NCBI GenBank assembly: GCA_023818895.1 | Contig: JAMWCX010000002.1 | Span: 60,001 to 92,000, forward strand | DNA from: Candidatus Omnitrophota bacterium | GTDB taxonomy: Bacteria; Omnitrophota; Gorgyraeia; 2-01-FULL-45-10 | DNA length: 32,000 nucleotides | Direction of reading: 5' to 3' | Part shown: piece after piece, positions 27,837 to 32,000 of the stretch | Position numbering within the stretch: the first letter of the stretch is position 1 | Layout: each line of letters begins with the position of its first letter | Translations under genes and position numbers: made by a program | The notes under the pieces: generated by a model | What the model was told of the DNA's origin: nothing | The model's database searches: none | The model's input: only the letters and a program-made list of their open reading frames with translations

Positions 27837-29009
27837 TTAAAGGGCTCCTCTCACTATATCAATATCTTTATCACCCCTGCCGGAAAGGCATATGACAATG
27901 TTCTTAGATCTCGGCAGTCGGCGCGCAAGCTTCATAGCGTAATATACCGCATGCGATGATTCGAGCGCCGGAATTATCCCTTCGGTTTCTGTAAGCGCCT
28001 TAAACGCCTCGAGAGCCTGCTTATCGGTAACAGCGACATATTTCACCCTCCCAATCTCTTTAAGATACGAGTGCTCCGGCCCCACACCCGGATAATCGAG
28101 CCCGGCCGAGATTGAATGAGCAATCCTAATCTGACCATCGTCATCCTGGAGTATATAACTCTTAGAGCCATGAAGGACGCCGATCGATCCATCGCACAAA
28201 GTGGCTGCATGGCGTCCTGTCTTCAGGCCAAGGCCCGCCGCCTCAACGCCAATCATCTTTACGCTGTCTTTGAGCATTTCATAAAATATACCCATCGCGT
28301 TAGAGCCGCCCCCTACGCAGGCGACAACATAATCCGGCAACCGGCCGGTCATCCGCAGCACCTGGGCCCTTGCTTCTCTGCCTATGACAGACTGAAAATC
28401 CCTGACCATCATCGGATATGGATGCGGTCCTGCGACAGATCCTATAACGTAAAAAGTGGTGCGGACATTGGTGACCCAGTCGCGTATAGCCTCATTCATC
28501 GCGTCCTTTAGCGTTCTGGAGCCGCTGTGAACCGGCGTGACCCTAGCTCCCAGAAGCCTCATCTTGAATACATTGACCGACTGCCTCTTTATATCCTCGT
28601 CACCCATAAATATCTCACATTTCAAACCGAATAGCGCGGAAACTGTGGCCGTTGCGACACCATGCTGGCCTGCGCCAGTCTCGGCGATTATACGCTTTTT
28701 CCCCATTCGCAAAGCAAGGAGTATCTGGCCCAACGTGTTATTTATTTTATGCGCGCCGGTATGAAGCAGGTCTTCCCTCTTAAGGTATATCCGCGAGCCT
28801 CCGCAAAATTTGGTAAGCCGCTTTGCCAGATATAGCGGCGTCGGCCGGCCAGCGTATTCTTTAAGATAGAAATCGAGTTCTTTTGCAAACAACCTGTCAC
28901 GCTTGGCTTTGGAGTATTCAGCCTCGAGATCGTCCAGTGCCGCCATAAGCGTCTCTGGCACGAATTTCCCACCGAAAGCACCGAAATATCCTCTTTTATC
29001 TGGCAACAT
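27837..29009 (-). CDS. trpB: tryptophan synthase beta chain
   Basis: Has [15 protein letters not shown], the PLP-lysine region [11 protein letters not shown] and GGGSNAMG. Confidence 0.95.
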   Translation of the reverse strand: MLPDKRGYFGAFGGKFVPETLMAALDDLEAEYSKAKRDRLFAKELDFYLKEYAGRPTPLYLAKRLTKFCGGSRIYLKREDLLHTGAHKINNTLGQILLALRMGKKRIIAETGAGQHGVATATVSALFGLKCEIFMGDEDIKRQSVNVFKMRLLGARVTPVHSGSRTLKDAMNEAIRDWVTNVRTTFYVIGSVAGPHPYPMMVRDFQSVIGREARAQVLRMTGRLPDYVVACVGGGSNAMGIFYEMLKDSVKMIGVEAAGLGLKTGRHAATLCDGSIGVLHGSKSYILQDDDGQIRIAHSISAGLDYPGVGPEHSYLKEIGRVKYVAVTDKQALEAFKALTETEGIIPALESSHAVYYAMKLARRLPRSKNIVICLSGRGDKDIDIVRGAL

Positions 29010-29013
29010 TGTC

Positions 29014-29631
29014 TTAAGCCTTTCTCACTTCCGCGACAAATTTCCTCATAAGCTCGATATCCTTTTTTCCTGGTGATTTCTCCACTCCTGAGGCGACATC
29101 CACTCCGTATGGCGCGACTTCGGCGATAGCCTTCCCGACGTTCGAGCTGTTCAGACCGCCTGAAAGTATTACCGGCTTGAGAAATTCAAAATCCTTTAGC
29201 ATTTTCCAGTCAAAAACCTTCCCCGTACCGCCGCAGGATCCGATTTCATATGTATCAAGAAGATAGTAATCCACGTCATAACCATTTACAGCTACCAGGT
29301 CGCTTTTATCTCTGAGCCTGAATGCCTTGATAACCCTGTACCCCTCTTTAAAAGAAGCGCAGTATTCGGGTGTTTCCGCGCCATGGAACTGCAAGGTATC
29401 AAGTTGAACATCCTGGGCTATCTGAACTACGCGCTTTTCCTTTTCATCCACGAAGACACCCACTTTCACCACATCGTCAGGAAGCGCGTTTACTATGTCC
29501 TCGGCTGTCGCCGGATCCACATAGCGTGGGGACTTCGGATAAAATATGAAACCGAGCATATCTACCCCCAAGTCGGCAGCGGCAACCGCATCAGCCTTGT
29601 TAGTAATACCGCATATCTTTATTCGCGTCAT
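29014..29631 (-). CDS. trpF: phosphoribosylanthranilate isomerase
   Basis: Has the [11 protein letters not shown]-terminus, [12 protein letters not shown] and LQFHG. The ATG overlaps the trpC TGA (TGATG). Confidence 0.9.
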   Translation of the reverse strand: MTRIKICGITNKADAVAAADLGVDMLGFIFYPKSPRYVDPATAEDIVNALPDDVVKVGVFVDEKEKRVVQIAQDVQLDTLQFHGAETPEYCASFKEGYRVIKAFRLRDKSDLVAVNGYDVDYYLLDTYEIGSCGGTGKVFDWKMLKDFEFLKPVILSGGLNSSNVGKAIAEVAPYGVDVASGVEKSPGKKDIELMRKFVAEVRKA

Positions 29632-30407
29632 CAGAATCTCATTATATCGTGCATCTTTGCCGCTATATCCGTCGACTCCATGAAAGCCTCGCCTATCAAC
29701 ACGGCGTTCACCCCGAGTGACTTAAGGAACATGACATCCTCATAGCTTTTTATTCCGCTCTCCGAAACCTTTATCTTGCTCTGCGGTAAAAGCCTTATAA
29801 GCTTAGCCGTGACACCCAAATCGACTTTGAAAGTATGTAGGTCCCTGTTATTTATGCCTATTATGGGCGAGTCGACGGCTAGGGCTTTTTCAACGTCTTC
29901 TTCATTGTGTACCTCGAGCATCACGTCAAGGCCGAGCGAAGAAGCAATCTCGGCAAAACCTCTCATTTCGTTTGTCGACAAAATATCCGCTATTAGGAGT
30001 ATCGCGTCGGCGCCAGCCAAGGCTGATTCGTATATTTGGTATTCGTCTATAATGAAGTCTTTTCTCAAGACTGGAAGCGACACGCTATCTTTCACCAATT
30101 TGATATATTCGAGCTTTCCCTCAAAGAAACGCTCATCGGTAAGAATAGATATCGCTGAGGCGCCATGCGCCTGATATGTCATGGCAATCTTGACAGGGTT
30201 AAAATCACCCCTCAATATGCCCTTGGATGGAGAGGCCTTTTTAATCTCGGCTATTAAGTTGACATTGTGAGGCCTGGCGATATTCTTCTTAAAAGAGCTG
30301 GAAACGTATAGGTTCTTTGTCTCTTTCACAAGCTCAGCCTGCGGCTTGGCGAGCTTGGCCGCTTCGACGACGCGCCTTTTTTCTTCGATAATCCTTGAAA
30401 GTATCAA
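29631..30407 (-). CDS. trpC: indole-3-glycerol phosphate synthase
   Basis: Has [11 protein letters not shown]..., [24 protein letters not shown] and INNRDL motifs. I call a TTG start at 30407 overlapping the trpD TGA (TTGA), giving about 258 aa. The track's 297-aa version overlaps trpD by 120 nt. Confidence 0.9.
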   Translation of the reverse strand: MILSRIIEEKRRVVEAAKLAKPQAELVKETKNLYVSSSFKKNIARPHNVNLIAEIKKASPSKGILRGDFNPVKIAMTYQAHGASAISILTDERFFEGKLEYIKLVKDSVSLPVLRKDFIIDEYQIYESALAGADAILLIADILSTNEMRGFAEIASSLGLDVMLEVHNEEDVEKALAVDSPIIGINNRDLHTFKVDLGVTAKLIRLLPQSKIKVSESGIKSYEDVMFLKSLGVNAVLIGEAFMESTDIAAKMHDIMRF

Positions 30408-31456
30408 CTGTTTGTCATCTCCACCAGTTTCATTAGTTTGGCAAGGGCTCTGCCCGAATCTATCGACTCGGCCGCCAGCCGTATGCCTGAGCTCATGTTT
30501 CGCGCTTTGTATCCTGCTACACAAGCGGCGGCCGCGTTAAGAAGCACCACGTCCCTCCTAGGGCCGCGCTCACCCTTAAGAACCGACATAACTATCCTGG
30601 CGTTATCATCGGCGCTGCCGCCTTCTATGTCAGTTAGCCTGGCCCTCTTTATGCCGAATTCTTCGGGTGTTATATAATAATTACTTATCCTACCGCCTTT
30701 AAGCTCAGAGACCTTTGTTCTTCCGGTAATGGTAATCTCATCGAGCGTATCCATACCATAGACGACAAAGGCCCTCCTGGACCCAAGATTCTTCAGAACA
30801 CGCGCTATTATCTCCGTCAACCTGCCTTCATAAACCCCCAAGACCTGGCTCGTTGCATTAGCGGGGTTCGAGAGAGGCCCCAAGAGATTGAATATAGTCC
30901 TTATTCCTATCTGTCTTCTCGGTTCTATGGCATATTTCATCGCATTGTGGAAAAGCGGCGCGTATAGAAAGCCTATTCCTATCTCAATAATACACTTACG
31001 GGTTATCTCAGCGCTCACATCAATCTTAACGCCGAGCCGCTCGAGAACATCCGCCGATCCACACTGGCTGGATGCTGCACGGTTGCCGTGCTTGGCTACT
31101 TTGAGGCCGCATCCGGCAACGACAAAAGCCACTGTTGTGGATATGTTAAACGTATTTGTGCCACTTCCGCCGGTACCGCAGGTATCTATTATGGTCTCCT
31201 CATCTATATTTATATCATCACGATCTATGTCCACCGTCCCGCCGCCGCAGGCGATGTGGATGGACTTCTCGCGCATCACCTTCGCTGCGCCGGTTATCTC
31301 CTCGACAGTTTCGCCCTTCATGCGAAGGGCTGTCACAAAAGCACCTATCTGGGCATATGTGGCCTTCCCCGACATGATCTCCTCAAATACTTGGCGCATC
31401 TCGTGTTCGCTTAAATTGATATGCTTAACCGCCTTCTCTATGGCCTCTTTTATCAT
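30404..31456 (-). CDS. trpD: anthranilate phosphoribosyltransferase
   Basis: Has [23 protein letters not shown] and the typical N-terminal helical domain. The ATG at 31456 is preceded by AGGTGG at 8 nt. Confidence 0.93.
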   Translation of the reverse strand: MIKEAIEKAVKHINLSEHEMRQVFEEIMSGKATYAQIGAFVTALRMKGETVEEITGAAKVMREKSIHIACGGGTVDIDRDDINIDEETIIDTCGTGGSGTNTFNISTTVAFVVAGCGLKVAKHGNRAASSQCGSADVLERLGVKIDVSAEITRKCIIEIGIGFLYAPLFHNAMKYAIEPRRQIGIRTIFNLLGPLSNPANATSQVLGVYEGRLTEIIARVLKNLGSRRAFVVYGMDTLDEITITGRTKVSELKGGRISNYYITPEEFGIKRARLTDIEGGSADDNARIVMSVLKGERGPRRDVVLLNAAAACVAGYKARNMSSGIRLAAESIDSGRALAKLMKLVEMTNS

Positions 31457-31468
31457 ATTCACAACCAC

Positions 31469-32000
31469 CTACAGTTTCAGGAAGTTATCTAATATCTTCT
31501 TGCCTTCCAAAGTTAATATCGACTCGGGATGAAACTGAACACCGTATATTGGATATTCCGTGTGCTTAAGGCCCATTATCTCTTTATCAGACGTTTCGGC
31601 CGTTATAATAAGGTCTTTGGGAAAGCTTTCTCTTTCTACCACCAGCGAGTGATACCTCGTAGCCTCAAAGGGATTGCTGACGCCGGTAAATATGCCTTTT
31701 CCGTCATGGTATATCTGAGAGGTCTTGCCGTGCATAAGGGCCTTCGCGCCGACTATCTTGCCTCCAAAAACCTCCCCTATGGCCTGATGGCCTAGGCATA
31801 CCCCAAGAATAGGAGTGCTCTTGCCAAAGATCCTGATGACTTCTTCTGATATTCCCGCATCCTTCGGCTGACCCGGGCCGGGTGAGATCACTATCCTTGC
31901 CGGGGCTATATTTTTTATCTCATCTATGGTGATCCTGTCATTCCTGTAGACTGATATCTCCGCACCAAGCTCGCCTAGATATTGGACAAGATTGTAAGTG
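31469..32000 (-). CDS. trpG: anthranilate synthase component II (glutamine amidotransferase), 5'-truncated by the window edge
   Basis: The frame stays open to position 32000. Translation: ...TYNLVQYLGELGAEISVYRNDRITIDEIKNIAPARIVISPGPG...LGVCLGHQAIG...GVQFHPES. This shows the class-I GATase Cys-His-Glu triad context. Confidence 0.9.
   Translation of the reverse strand, partial: TYNLVQYLGELGAEISVYRNDRITIDEIKNIAPARIVISPGPGQPKDAGISEEVIRIFGKSTPILGVCLGHQAIGEVFGGKIVGAKALMHGKTSQIYHDGKGIFTGVSNPFEATRYHSLVVERESFPKDLIITAETSDKEIMGLKHTEYPIYGVQFHPESILTLEGKKILDNFLKL

Noticed and set aside
29631-30524. 297-aa version of trpC overlapping trpD by about 120 nt
   Set aside because: The extra N-terminal residues ([14 protein letters not shown]...) are not TrpC-like. 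A TTG at 30407 overlapping the trpD stop gives a canonical TrpC of about 258 aa beginning [11 protein letters not shown].
1-32000. CRISPR arrays, long tandem repeats, rRNA genes
   Set aside because: No regularly spaced direct repeats, no long tandem arrays and no rRNA signature sequences were seen on reading the window. The only periodic signals are protein-level repeats (TPR units, coiled-coil heptads, the 20-aa repeat in the small ORF).

Overview
The window is a compact, single-orientation stretch of bacterial core genome. Every credible gene is on the minus strand, and all plus-strand ORFs in the track are antisense shadows. I see no transposase, integrase, CRISPR array, phage gene or recognisable defence or toxin module.

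Gene order along the minus strand (high to low coordinates):
- trpG(partial)-trpD-trpC-trpF-trpB-[orphan ORF]-trpA, then a ManC-like nucleotidyltransferase and ruvX
- M16 peptidase
- M50/CBS protease
- rpe and a PGM/PMM-family mutase
- lepA-lepB-pgsA-plsY
- a two-gene orphan cassette
- cvpA
- Nif3-like-dnaG-rpoD-TPR
- tRNA(CAT) and tRNA-Val(CAC)
- COG1579 zinc-ribbon protein, RNase HI and rnpB
- yggS-proC-yggT-mtnP-ileS-dksA-like-lspA-lgt-rluD-like(partial)

Many ORF-track starts are over-extended (TTG/GTG). I re-called them from stop/start overlaps and Shine-Dalgarno (SD) context.

Three things do not look ordinary:
1. The RNase P RNA has clear type-A core motifs, but its P1-paired ends are about 585 nt apart, roughly 200 nt longer than textbook bacterial examples.
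2. An unrecognised 143-aa ORF sits between trpB and trpA and is translationally coupled to trpA.
3. A self-contained promoter-to-terminator cassette encodes an unrecognised 123-aa protein plus an unannotated 52-aa, strongly basic protein with a 20-residue internal repeat.

None of these can be proven novel from sequence alone. The taxon is not identifiable by eye; it may be an uncultivated lineage.
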